A stretch of DNA of 63,880 nucleotides, counting the filler, from a bacterium (GTDB taxonomy: Bacteria > UBA9089 > CG2-30-40-21 > SBAY01): the NCBI GenBank assembly GCA_040757115.1. It is 5 parts of 5 records of this genome, joined end to end, with 100 filler letters (N's around TTAATTAATTAA, not from the genome) between each part and the next. Parts side by side here need not be neighbours in the genome. Positions count along the whole stretch, not along the records: positions 52,710 to 63,880 come from JBFLYA010000123.1; 4 more parts are not named here. One strand, written 5' to 3'. Made by a program: the position numbers and the translations under genes. Shown here piece by piece: positions 52,785 through 62,842 of the stretch. Under the pieces are notes generated by a model. It saw only the letters and a program-made list of their open reading frames with translations. It did not search any database and had not been told where the DNA came from. The first letter of the stretch is position 1. Every line of letters begins with the position of its first letter.

Positions 52785-53057
52785 GTAACCGTTCAGGCTA
52801 TATATCAAAAGTGTAAGAAAGGGGATAAGGAGATAAAAGTGATATGGAGATAAGATAATAGAAATAGATTGAAATTTATAGAAATAGGTAGAAATTGATT
52901 GTGGAAAACAACAAATTGGTCACTGGTCAATGGTCATTGACTAATGACTAATTTCTATAAATTTCTATTAGTTTCTATTAATTTCAATTTTTTTAATAAT
53001 ATCTCCCTATCTCCTTAATCTCCACATCTCCTTTTGTTACACCACCTGAACGCTTAC
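52785..53057 (+). mobile_element. Family A element with a 35-bp TGGTCAN/TGACTAA insert
   Basis: TIRs; perfect TSD ATAAAATT. Confidence 0.92.
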
Positions 53058-53094
53058 ATAAAATTGTCATAATTTAATAAGGAGGAGATATAAA

Positions 53095-54021
53095 ATGGAA
53101 AATGCAAAATGGAAAATGTTAGCGGTTATTATTCTTCTTGGTTATTCTTTAAATGTAGATGCCGCAATTTATAAAAAGGCAGGGACAACTGTTGGTCAGG
53201 TGTTAGAATTTGGTGTTGGAGCAAGGGCTTGTGCTATGGGTGAGGCATTTACCGGACTGGCAGATGATTTTAGCGCCTTCTACTGGAATCCCGCAGGTAT
53301 TGCTCAAATTGAAGATTTAGAGTTTAATTTTATGCATAATGATTGGTTTCAAGGGATAAGATATGAACTTGTTTCCACTGTTTTACCATTAGAAGAAGAA
53401 TTAGGAGCAATGGGCTTAAGTATCATCGTCTTAAAAGCAGATGACATCGTGGGGCGAGATACAAATGGAAATTTTACCTCAAATTTTGAAGCAAAAGACA
53501 GTGTTATGAGCCTTAGCTTTGGTCAAAGATGGAATGACAAAATATTAATTGGGGCAACGATTAAAAGGATTAACCTGCATATAGAAAACGAAGGAGGGAC
53601 ACAGTTTGCCTTTGATGCAGGTGGATTATATAAATTTCAGAATACTGATTTAACTCTCGGCGCAGTTGTCCAGAATATTGGTAAGAAGATAAAATTTATT
53701 GAAAAAGAGGAGCGATTACCTTTAAATTTCAAACTTGGCATTCTGTATAAGATGTTAGAAAAAAGAGTGTTACTAACATCAGATTTGAGTAAATCTATTG
53801 ACCGTGCTCTAAAACTCAATCTGGGCACAGAAATAATTATTAATTCAATCACAAAATTCAGGTTTGGGTATAACTCAACTAATGATGCTGACAATGGTTT
53901 TACTGCGGGTATAGGACTTAAGATAAAAGATATAATTGAGTTAGATTATGCCTACATCCCTTATGGAGAACTTGGTGATTCTCAACGAATTTCGCTCACC
54001 ACGAAATTTAAGGTTGAATAA
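53095..54021 (+). CDS. PorV/PorQ-family outer-membrane beta-barrel
   Basis: L..GVGARA.AMGEAF.GLADD.SA.YWNPAG; DYAY.PYG.LG...R.S. Confidence 0.88.
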   Translation: MENAKWKMLAVIILLGYSLNVDAAIYKKAGTTVGQVLEFGVGARACAMGEAFTGLADDFSAFYWNPAGIAQIEDLEFNFMHNDWFQGIRYELVSTVLPLEEELGAMGLSIIVLKADDIVGRDTNGNFTSNFEAKDSVMSLSFGQRWNDKILIGATIKRINLHIENEGGTQFAFDAGGLYKFQNTDLTLGAVVQNIGKKIKFIEKEERLPLNFKLGILYKMLEKRVLLTSDLSKSIDRALKLNLGTEIIINSITKFRFGYNSTNDADNGFTAGIGLKIKDIIELDYAYIPYGELGDSQRISLTTKFKVE

Positions 54022-54030
54022 TTTTTTAAT

Positions 54031-54915
54031 ATGAACCCGATACTTAAAAAAATTTTTCCATTGATTCTATTCGTTATATTTGTAATTTATCTCTTTTATG
54101 CAACCCTTTACCCTTTTAATTTCTCTTTCCAGGAAGATAATATTCTTTATAATCTTAATAGGGTAAATATTATCCCTTTCAGTTGTTGGGGTGGCAGAGA
54201 AATTTCATGGTCGGATGTCGTCAGTAATCTTCTTCTTTTTATTCCCTATGGTTTCTTACTAAACTGGGAATTACAAAATAGAAACATTGGAAAACTTAAA
54301 TCTAAATTAATATGTATCATCTCTGCTTTTTTACTTAGTTCGACATTGGAATTTTTACAATTGTTTTCTTTGAGAAGAAGAACCGGAATGACGGATATTG
54401 TCAATAACACGATTGGGAGTTGGATAGGTTGTGTTTTAAGTAATGATTTTTTAGTTTCTTTTAAAGATAAACTCTTTCATCAAATAAATCTACTCCGTCG
54501 TGAAAATCCTTTGCTTGTTTATTTAGGTTTATATAGTTTATTAATCATGCTTGTATTTATCTATCCCTTCGATATATCTATTGCGAGGGAGAATATATAC
54601 TATGCGATTAAGAATTTTAACCTGACGCCTTTTTACTATCGGGGACATCTTAATATTTCTTTTAGTGAAAATGGGATTAATATAATTTTATTTATCATCT
54701 TTGGTTTTCTTGTTTATGTTTCATTTAGAAGATATTACTCGAAAATATTAACGCTATTTATCACCATATTCATAGGATTTTGTCTGGCAACTTTAATTGA
54801 ATTTACTCAGATAATTATACCCAACAGAGTTCCAGATATAACTGATATTATTTTCTATATGATAGGAACTTTACTCGGCGACCTGCTCGCTTTTGTAACT
54901 TTATACAAAAAATAG
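54031..54915 (+). CDS. Tandem VanZ-domain membrane protein
   Basis: Two copies of N.LLF.P.G...E..Q.....R....D. Confidence 0.8.
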   Translation: MNPILKKIFPLILFVIFVIYLFYATLYPFNFSFQEDNILYNLNRVNIIPFSCWGGREISWSDVVSNLLLFIPYGFLLNWELQNRNIGKLKSKLICIISAFLLSSTLEFLQLFSLRRRTGMTDIVNNTIGSWIGCVLSNDFLVSFKDKLFHQINLLRRENPLLVYLGLYSLLIMLVFIYPFDISIARENIYYAIKNFNLTPFYYRGHLNISFSENGINIILFIIFGFLVYVSFRRYYSKILTLFITIFIGFCLATLIEFTQIIIPNRVPDITDIIFYMIGTLLGDLLAFVTLYKK

Positions 54916-54922
54916 GAAAATT

Positions 54923-56200
54923 ATGAAATATAAATCCACTTTCCTTTTAACTTTTGCTATTCTTTCAGGAATAATTATAGGCATTGCCATTTTATTTCGT
55001 CCTGATATATATGTTCTTGCTGGTAGTTGTTTCGCCATAATCACTCTAATACTCATCTTTATTCGGCCATATTTTGGTATTATTATTTATTATGCGACTC
55101 TTTTTATGCTCCCGGAGGAATTAGCAGGAACTCCTGCTCCCTTGATAATATGTTTAATCACAACCTTATTTTGCCTTAAAGATGTTATTAAAACTCGAGG
55201 ATATAAATTTGTCTTTGGGAAACAGAGTTATTTCCTATCAGGATTATGGTTAATGATGGTAGTATCCGTGGTTTTTGCCTACGAAAAAAGCCATTGTTGG
55301 AAACCATTATTAAGTTTTAGTAAAACATTTATATTTTATTTCGTAACAATTAATCTTATAAGGACAAAGAAAGATTTTAAAATACTACTCTGGGCAATCG
55401 CAGTTATCTTTGGCATTTTAGCCTTAAAGTGTAATGTTCATTGTTTTCTATTTGGACCTGGACGCGTTGCCGGTGCTGGGGGTGATAATAATCATTTTGC
55501 CTTAGCGTTAATAATGGCATTACCTTTTAGTATTTATCTATTCTTTTCAGAAAATCTACTCCTTAAAAAACTCCTTTTAGGAATAATCTCATTGTGTATC
55601 ATTGCAACGGTTATTCTTACTTTTTCAAGAGGTGGTTTTATTGGATTAATTGGGGTATTAAGTTTAATATTTTTAAAGGCAAGAACTAAGGCATTAGCTC
55701 TCTATGGAATTGTATTTTTAGTTCTATTGTTCATAGTTTCAATACCTTCAGGATATATAGAAAGACTAAACACTATCTTAGAGTATCAGAAAGATGATTC
55801 TGCTATGGGAAGGATATACGCCTGGAGAGCAGGTGGACAGATGATATGGGAACGACCACTAATAGGAATAGGATTGGGTAATTTCGCTCCCTTAGCCCAT
55901 ACCTATGATTCCCGATTAGATAAATCTATGGAGGCTCATAACTCATTTATCCATTTAGCGGGTGAGTGTGGTTTGATTTCATTATTACTCTTTATTATGT
56001 TAATATCTACTTCGATGATAGATTCATATAGAATCAGAAGAAATATAGATGAAAGATTTTCTAAGATAACAGTTCCTGCTTGTAAAATAATAGAGGTAAG
56101 TCTTGGTGGATATGTGTTAGCGGGTAGTTTTCTAAGTGAGGTAAATTTTGAGCTTGTTTATCTTTTATTTGCATTGAGTGTGATACTTAAACGATTGTAA
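54923..56200 (+). CDS. O-antigen ligase/polymerase-family (Wzy_C) protein
   Basis: D.N.FA, TFSRGG, SAMGR...W, P..G.G.GNF, AHNSFI. Confidence 0.85.
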   Translation: MKYKSTFLLTFAILSGIIIGIAILFRPDIYVLAGSCFAIITLILIFIRPYFGIIIYYATLFMLPEELAGTPAPLIICLITTLFCLKDVIKTRGYKFVFGKQSYFLSGLWLMMVVSVVFAYEKSHCWKPLLSFSKTFIFYFVTINLIRTKKDFKILLWAIAVIFGILALKCNVHCFLFGPGRVAGAGGDNNHFALALIMALPFSIYLFFSENLLLKKLLLGIISLCIIATVILTFSRGGFIGLIGVLSLIFLKARTKALALYGIVFLVLLFIVSIPSGYIERLNTILEYQKDDSAMGRIYAWRAGGQMIWERPLIGIGLGNFAPLAHTYDSRLDKSMEAHNSFIHLAGECGLISLLLFIMLISTSMIDSYRIRRNIDERFSKITVPACKIIEVSLGGYVLAGSFLSEVNFELVYLLFALSVILKRL

Positions 56201-56622
56201 GCGTTCAGCAGTCATCTATCAGTTGTCAACTGATGGCTGACCGCTGGGTGTATGTAAAATTTGTGGGTAAAAAATATTGAGGAATATTCATCTTTTTGCC
56301 GATATAAAGAAATAGATGAAATTCAATGCGAAAATTACAAATTCCAAGCACCAAATCTCAAATAAATTCCAAATTCCAATTTCCAAATAAGTTTCAAATT
56401 CCAAAGATTATATGACAACGAGAGGAATTTATTTAGATTTCTCAATAATTGAAGAAAAAATCTTTTTCTTGTCTTGTTTGGAATTTTGAATTTTGGTCAT
56501 TGAAATTTATTTGTAATTTGGTATTTGTGATTTGGAATTTTGTGATTTTCAATTGATTTAACCGTTAATTCAGACGGGTAAATAGTTACCCATAAATTTT
56601 ACACGCACCCCTGACCGCTTAC
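56197..56622. mobile_element. 52-bp minimal GTAAC-TIR hairpin element with a nested 365-bp element
   Basis: GTAAGCGTTCAG...CTGACCGCTTAC; perfect TSD AAACGATT. Confidence 0.88.
56246..56610. mobile_element. Nested GGGTG-TIR element with AAATTCC/GGAATTT heptamer arms
   Basis: 25-bp TIR (22/25) GGGTGTATGTAAAATTTGTGGGTAA; perfect 9-bp TSD CTGACCGCT. Confidence 0.88.
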
Positions 56623-56754
56623 AAACGATTATACCAGAACACATAATATTCATCTCCCCTAATGTAGCGAAGGTCGATATATTCCTCAAGAATATAAAAA
56701 GTTACAACGGGAAGATGTTTAAATATATCAAATTAAATACGAGGAGGTAGGAAG

Positions 56755-57771
56755 ATGAAAAAGAACACAATAAATATCTTAACAGCGTTGATAGTAAGTC
56801 TGTTTTTAATTGGATTAACTATCACACCGTCAAATGCCACAGGGTGGCCAGATTTGAAAATAGCAAAGGTGAAAAGACCAGAAGGCGTAAATCAACCACT
56901 TCCACCACTGCCACCAGTGCCAACAAAGGTAGTGATGAGTGACCCAGATGGCGATTCACAATTAAGCGATATCTACGAGTGGGAAGTCATTCCGGGTATT
57001 GGAGTCCCCACTGTAGATGTTGTTCAACTTGAGGCAGGGATAGGAATAAGTATGGGAAGTCCGGCGGTAACACTTCGACTCACATTTAACCAATGGACAG
57101 ATATATCCACAGTCATTGGATATATTGACCTTGATACAGACCAGGACCGGTACACAGGATGGGGTCCGTGGAAATATCCTGAAATTGGAGGAGGGTTTGA
57201 ATATGCTCTAGACTTCTTTTCCCTTCCTACTGTTTCAATTTACGATATAAATTGGAACTTGATGGGAGAACTAACCGCGGTTCTGGGAACAGATACCATT
57301 GAAATTACTATTCCATTAGGGATGCTTGGTAATGATGATGGGGTAATGGATTTAGAAATGATAGTGGGAAACTGGGATGCTCCAACAGATCTGGCGCCAC
57401 CCTCAGATGCCTATAGCGCTCACTCAATACCAACAAACCCTGTGGTCAGAATGTTTAGTAACGATGAGGTGTATACAACTGGCGAGACACTGAATGCCGA
57501 GGTTAAGGTAGTTAATGACGGAGCTACAATGACGGTTGATGTCCACATTTATGCCCAGGGATTCCATCCCTCTCCACTATGGGGACAGGTTCCACTAGTT
57601 CTCATGGATGATGTAGTTATTCCTGCAGGATTTAATCTGACCGTGCCGGTGATAAGTTACCCCATTACACCTGCTTCACCACAAGGTATTACAAAATTAG
57701 GAGCAAGAATCTGTGACCCAACCACAGGTGATATTTTGAGTGATGGTTCTAAGTTAATCATTATCGAGTAG
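56755..57771 (+). CDS. Secreted hypothetical beta-rich protein
   Basis: GGAGG RBS, signal peptide, Pro-rich linker, IDLDTDQD..TG and E..IPL..LG motifs. Confidence 0.75.
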   Translation: MKKNTINILTALIVSLFLIGLTITPSNATGWPDLKIAKVKRPEGVNQPLPPLPPVPTKVVMSDPDGDSQLSDIYEWEVIPGIGVPTVDVVQLEAGIGISMGSPAVTLRLTFNQWTDISTVIGYIDLDTDQDRYTGWGPWKYPEIGGGFEYALDFFSLPTVSIYDINWNLMGELTAVLGTDTIEITIPLGMLGNDDGVMDLEMIVGNWDAPTDLAPPSDAYSAHSIPTNPVVRMFSNDEVYTTGETLNAEVKVVNDGATMTVDVHIYAQGFHPSPLWGQVPLVLMDDVVIPAGFNLTVPVISYPITPASPQGITKLGARICDPTTGDILSDGSKLIIIE

Positions 57772-57790
57772 ATGACGAATTCTCTCTCGT

Positions 57791-57824
57791 CTGTTCAATG
57801 GTCATTGAAATGACCATTGAACAG
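57791..57824. terminator. Perfect hairpin between convergent genes
   Basis: CTGTTCAATGGTCAT-TGAA-ATGACCATTGAACAG. Confidence 0.6.
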
Positions 57825-57829
57825 CGGGA

Positions 57830-60283
57830 TTAAAAATTCCCTTTAACTAACCCCTTAAATATCCCAAATTCTAATTGATATACCTTCAATAATTCCTCAT
57901 CAGGAATAATACTGTCAGATATACCCATTTTTGCGTCAGTAAATCTATCTGCAAAGGATAAAACCAGTAAAGTTCCAGTTCCTACTTTAACGCTCACACC
58001 AATTGTCTGATTCTCCGGGGTAAAGAAAATAGGATTGCCACCTTCAATAATGGCTGAATTTACCTCTGATGGATAATACTTATTAAATGGTTGGGCATAG
58101 AGATGGGATGAGTAGATGGATTGATTAATCTTTACGCCAAAGGCAGATAGAAGTGAATTAGCGGTAGAACTACCGTTAGACAGACTATCCAGGAGCAATA
58201 TTTTTCCACCAGAATGGAGATAATCTTTAATCCAGGATATATCCTTTGATGTAAACTTCTTTTTAGGTTTGATGATGACTACGACTTCAGGTTTTTCCTT
58301 TTTAATATCTTCGCAGACTATTGGAAAATACCCCAGTCGTAATACCCATTGATAAAACATCTCAAAACTACACTCGTTATCCTGGACAAACCCTTTGATT
58401 GGGAGATTAAGGTCAGAATGTTTTGACTCAAAACAAATCTGAATTGGCTTAGTGTGAGGTTTTGGCAATGGATAATTTAATTTATTCACGAAGGTAAAAC
58501 CGACCATCCCTAAAGCCGTCATAAAGATTATCAGAGGCAAAGATTGAATATTGAATTTAGAAATAAATAGCCCAACGACGAATAATCCTATTCCTAAAAT
58601 CAAGAATAAGTAGTTTAACCGGCTCAGAAAATTTTCTCTATTTAACCAATTTAGTGTGCCTAAGAGTAATTCAGGTTTGCCTGGAATAAATGCCGAGAAG
58701 TTAGAGAAGCAGGTTGAATCTGTAAACCCCACCACCCGACCCTTGCCATATTTTACCCCAATTGTTTGAATAAAAGTCCCAAAATCCATCTTCGTGCTAT
58801 CTATAACCTGGGGATAAAAATTACTGCTTGAATAATCAATATCTAACGACTTTAAGCCAGAAGATAAAATGACATTTTCCCATAAATAATCTTTTGGCTC
58901 AACAGAACTGGAAGTGGCAAAGAGAAAACAAGGCATATTTTGAACGATAGGATGTGGTAGAAGTTTTGGAGGATAATATACTTGCTCGAATTTTTTCTCA
59001 ATATCAAATAGGCAATCATACCGAAAATAAAAACCAAATCTTTTTGCTATTGGATTAAGATAACAAGAAGAGCCAAAGACATTGGTATGTTCCCCTAATA
59101 AAAATAACCCACCACCAGCCTTAACAAATTCTACAATTGCCTCTATCTCCTTATCTAAAAACCTGGATGTAGGAATCTTCAAAACCAGAATATCATAATT
59201 ACTTAATAATTTAGATGTTATTGAACCCAAATTGCGGTCCACTTTATAATAATAACTCAAATAGTCTGTCATACAGTAATAATTATAACCTGATTCCTGT
59301 CCATACCAGGTTGTATCGTATTTTCTGGTGGTTTTTTCCCAATCGCTATGTGCCTCATCTATGAGAATTCTTCCTTGTCCGGGGATACCAGGGTCATGAA
59401 ATCCAAAATAACCAATGATAAATAACACCCCCAGACTGATTAAAACTAACCCTTTTATTTTTAAGGGGTTAAATGGTGGAGGTGTTATTTTAAGCTTAAA
59501 AAACCGACATAATAAAAATAGATAAGGAATAAAACTAAGTGTAATGATTGTTGGATTCCAGAAGAGAAAAACCTTATCTGCTTCCTCTTCATCAGGCACA
59601 AAATACTCCAGATAAAGAAATATTAATATCATTAAGATATACCTGAATATGAGGTAAAGCACGGTGGTGATGGTAAAAAGTCCGGTGGTTATCCACAATC
59701 TTCTGGAGGTAGAAAAGAGCCGAAGTAATATTATCCCTCCAATTAAAAGATTTAAGGCAGGAAAAACGCCCAATTTATCCCAGGTGGTAGGGAATTCATA
59801 GAGTTTCCGCATTGTCTCAATAAAGATAGTATCTTGACTTAAACTCACCGGCAGGGTTAAAAATTTTAGTATCTGGTAAATTACAGGGGTGAAGGCAGGA
59901 CATTGTTGCCATTTAGCCGTAAAACACATATAAGGATGCCCAATAACACTCTGGACACTCAAAAATCCCCCCACTAACCATAAACTACAAACTAATGGCG
60001 CCAATCTGCGAAAAGGAAGTAGTAAGAAACTTAAACCTAAAACTGCTGGACCTAAATTATAAGGGAAAGGCAATATAAGATAAGCAATTAATAATGGCAG
60101 GCAAAAAAAAGGGTAGCGTTTATCAATATTCTCAAGTTTTACCTGTCGCAAACCAAATAAAAGAAAAATAATGGCTAATCCAATTAAAATAAAAGTCCCA
60201 AAATAATTAGTTTTAATATAAAGGGATGAAGAGAAAAGCCAGGTTGTTGAAATTAAAATCATGCAAAACCAGATACCAAACAT
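57830..60283 (-). CDS. Polytopic membrane protein with DUF4350/GATase-like extracytoplasmic domains
   Basis: Many TM segments; ILIDEAH, L..YDILV, FVKAGGGLFLLGEH, G.GRVV...DS. Confidence 0.7.
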   Translation of the reverse strand: MFGIWFCMILISTTWLFSSSLYIKTNYFGTFILIGLAIIFLLFGLRQVKLENIDKRYPFFCLPLLIAYLILPFPYNLGPAVLGLSFLLLPFRRLAPLVCSLWLVGGFLSVQSVIGHPYMCFTAKWQQCPAFTPVIYQILKFLTLPVSLSQDTIFIETMRKLYEFPTTWDKLGVFPALNLLIGGIILLRLFSTSRRLWITTGLFTITTVLYLIFRYILMILIFLYLEYFVPDEEEADKVFLFWNPTIITLSFIPYLFLLCRFFKLKITPPPFNPLKIKGLVLISLGVLFIIGYFGFHDPGIPGQGRILIDEAHSDWEKTTRKYDTTWYGQESGYNYYCMTDYLSYYYKVDRNLGSITSKLLSNYDILVLKIPTSRFLDKEIEAIVEFVKAGGGLFLLGEHTNVFGSSCYLNPIAKRFGFYFRYDCLFDIEKKFEQVYYPPKLLPHPIVQNMPCFLFATSSSVEPKDYLWENVILSSGLKSLDIDYSSSNFYPQVIDSTKMDFGTFIQTIGVKYGKGRVVGFTDSTCFSNFSAFIPGKPELLLGTLNWLNRENFLSRLNYLFLILGIGLFVVGLFISKFNIQSLPLIIFMTALGMVGFTFVNKLNYPLPKPHTKPIQICFESKHSDLNLPIKGFVQDNECSFEMFYQWVLRLGYFPIVCEDIKKEKPEVVVIIKPKKKFTSKDISWIKDYLHSGGKILLLDSLSNGSSTANSLLSAFGVKINQSIYSSHLYAQPFNKYYPSEVNSAIIEGGNPIFFTPENQTIGVSVKVGTGTLLVLSFADRFTDAKMGISDSIIPDEELLKVYQLEFGIFKGLVKGNF

Positions 60284-60306
60284 CTTTTTACCTCCACTGA
60301 ACTGCT

Positions 60307-60512
60307 GTAACTATTCACCGCAGAGACGCGGAGACACAGAGAAAAAATTAAAATCTATTGGCTATACGCTTAATTCCATTTCTAATAGACCTGGACCTAA
60401 TGTCTTATGTATTTCAATTGCTGTACCAATAATTTTTTCTGTTATCTGATTTATTTCCATGTTTTCTCTGTTCCTCTGCGTCTCTGCGGTGAATTACTAT
60501 CTGAACGGTTAC
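60307..60512 (-). mobile_element. Family C element with internally deleted GxxExxY gene
   Basis: Minus strand [27 protein letters not shown] fused to [10 protein letters not shown]; TIRs; no TSD. Confidence 0.88.
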
Positions 60513-60530
60513 AATTTGAAAATGCTCTTA

Positions 60531-61301
60531 TCATACCATTACTTCTCCAGCGGTAATTATTTCTGTCTCTCCATTTTCTAATTCCACTAAAAGTCTTCCT
60601 TGTCCATCAATTGACACCGCAGAGCCTTCTATTGATTTATCTGGTAATTGAACCGTTATGTGTCTGCCCACGATTGAGGATAACTGGTTGATTTCATTTA
60701 AAAAAGGAGCGAGATTTTGCACCTTCTTGAATTTAAGATAATCTTTTTCCATACCTTCCAATATCTTTGCTAAAATTTCTATTATCGGAATTTCTTTTCC
60801 CAATGCATCTTTGAGTGATGTTGCCTTTGATGGAAGTGTTTGAGAATCCACATTGACATTAATCCCTACCCCGATAATAATATATCTAACCGCAACTTCA
60901 ACCGTTGAGCTTTCTGTCAATATTCCACCTACTTTTTTATTATTGAGATACAGGTCATTAGGCCATTTGATAAGGATATTCAGGTTAGTCATTTCTTTGA
61001 TTGCCCGGGCAATACTCAAGGCAACTAAAATCGTCAATCCAGAGGCTTGATTTATGTTCATTAAGGTTGGTGTGAGGACCAAAGAAAACCACAAACCTCC
61101 TTTTGGGGATATCCATGTTTTTGATGGTTGTCCTTTGCCTTCAGTCTGGATTTCGGCAATAACTAAAGTTCCTTCAGGTGCACCAAAAGCGGCTAATGAA
61201 TGAGCAATATCCTGAGTTGAACCCACCTCGTCAAATGTATGTATCTGCCGACCGAAAATTTTACTCACAAGATTTTCTTTAATCTCTTGTGCCTGCCACA
61301 T
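60531..61301 (-). CDS. birA: Biotin-protein ligase (no N-terminal HTH)
   Basis: STQ, AE.QT.G.G, W.SP.GGL, IKWPNDL, KVGGILTE, GVGINV; start moved to MWQAQ. Confidence 0.9.
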   Translation of the reverse strand: MWQAQEIKENLVSKIFGRQIHTFDEVGSTQDIAHSLAAFGAPEGTLVIAEIQTEGKGQPSKTWISPKGGLWFSLVLTPTLMNINQASGLTILVALSIARAIKEMTNLNILIKWPNDLYLNNKKVGGILTESSTVEVAVRYIIIGVGINVNVDSQTLPSKATSLKDALGKEIPIIEILAKILEGMEKDYLKFKKVQNLAPFLNEINQLSSIVGRHITVQLPDKSIEGSAVSIDGQGRLLVELENGETEIITAGEVMV

Positions 61302-61510
61302 AAGTTTTCGCTCCTTTTCCCCTGAAAATAGGAAGTAGAAAGTAGAGAGTAGAAAGTAGAAAGTAAAGGAAACATCACTCCTCACGCCCATCTCCTTACC
61401 TCCCACCTTCTATCTCCTACCTACTATTTTCATCCTCATTTGTGAACCCACGGTTCATGAGCGTTTCCCCTGAAAATACATTCGCAGATTTCGCAGATTA
61501 CACAGATTTT

Positions 61511-61864
61511 AGAACGGTTCACTTTTGTTTGAAATCTTGTAAGCGTTCAGGTGGTGTAACAAAAGGAGATGTGGAGATTAAGGAGATAGGGAGATATTAT
61601 TAAAAAAATTGAAATTAATAGAAACTAATAGAAATTTATGGAAATTTGTTGTTTTCCACAATCAATTTCTACCTATTTCTATAAATTTCAATCTATTTCT
61701 ATTATCTTATCTCCATATCACTCTTATCTCCTTATCCCCTTTCTTACACTTTTGATATATAGCCTGAACGGTTACGAAATCTTGTGGTTAGAAAATGGAC
61801 TGTGAATGTTTACAAATGTATATCCGAAACAAATCATAGGGAAAACGATAAAATGAACCGTCCC
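61511..61864. mobile_element. GGGACGGTTC-TIR element hosting a family A element
   Basis: AGAACGGTTCA...TGAACCGTCCC; TSD CAGATTTT; sister copy at 62569-62703. Confidence 0.8.
61539..61775 (-). mobile_element. Family A element
   Basis: TIRs; perfect TSD GAAATCTT. Confidence 0.92.
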
Positions 61865-61913
61865 CAGATTTTTAATTTTTCCTCCCTCGCTGGCGGGGAG
61901 ATTGTTTGATAGA

Positions 61914-62513
61914 TTATCCTGACAGAGCACTCCATAAATCCATCTTAAGTTGGGATATGGATTGAAATAATATCCCGTTCATCCCAATTTTACTTGCCGA
62001 GGCAATATGTTCTTTTATATCATCGATATAAATACATTTTTCTGCCTCAACATTTGCCCTTTTTAACGCTTCATAAAATATCTCTTTAGCTGGTTTGCTA
62101 AATCCTACCTGATATGATAAAATATACTCATCTATAAAATTTAAGACATCAAATTTAGCCATAGCGAATTCAAAGTGTATTTCGTTGGTATTTGACAATA
62201 AAAAGAGTTTATATCTACCTCTAAGACTCAATAATATCTCTTCAATCCCTTCATTTAGCCAGAAAATATCTTGCCAGATTTGTTTAAACCCTGTCAAGGA
62301 AATATTTAATTTAAGTCTATTTGATACCTTTTTAAAAAAATCCCTTGTTGAAATCTTTCCTTCATCATACAATCGCTCTAATCCAGAGGTAAATATTATC
62401 TCATAAACTTGTTGTGGTGAAAATCTGGATATTTGAGATAATTTTCTACAGATGATATTATGGTCAAAATTTAAGATGACATTGCCTAAGTCAAAGATTA
62501 TTAATTTAATCAT
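61914..62513 (-). CDS. HAD-family phosphatase (YihX-like)
   Basis: IIFDLGNV, LLSNTN, KP, YIDD; start moved to MIKLII. Confidence 0.88.
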   Translation of the reverse strand: MIKLIIFDLGNVILNFDHNIICRKLSQISRFSPQQVYEIIFTSGLERLYDEGKISTRDFFKKVSNRLKLNISLTGFKQIWQDIFWLNEGIEEILLSLRGRYKLFLLSNTNEIHFEFAMAKFDVLNFIDEYILSYQVGFSKPAKEIFYEALKRANVEAEKCIYIDDIKEHIASASKIGMNGILFQSISQLKMDLWSALSG

Positions 62514-62522
62514 AGTTGTAAT

Positions 62523-62842
62523 GTAACTATTCAGCCACAGATGGACACGGATGAAACACTGAAAATTCGGGACGGTTCCTTTTATCGTTTTTCCTATGAT
62601 TTTTGTTGGAAATTGGAAATTAGAAATTGGGCTTTTGTCTCTCTCCCTAATTTCCAATTTCTAATTTCAATCCGCAAGCTTTCAAACAAAAGTGAACCGT
62701 CCCTAAAATTCGTAATCCGTGTCCGTAATTAGGCTAAAGGTTTTTCCGCCTGTTGTCCTCTGCCTTCTGCCCTCTGCCCTCTGCCTTCTGCCCTCTGTAT
62801 TTATCCGTGCTAATCCGTGTTAATCAGTGGCTGAATAGTTAC
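62523..62842. mobile_element. Family B element with nested GGGACGGTTC element (62569-62703)
   Basis: Outer TIRs without TSD; inner TSD GAAAATTC/TAAAATTC. Confidence 0.85.
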
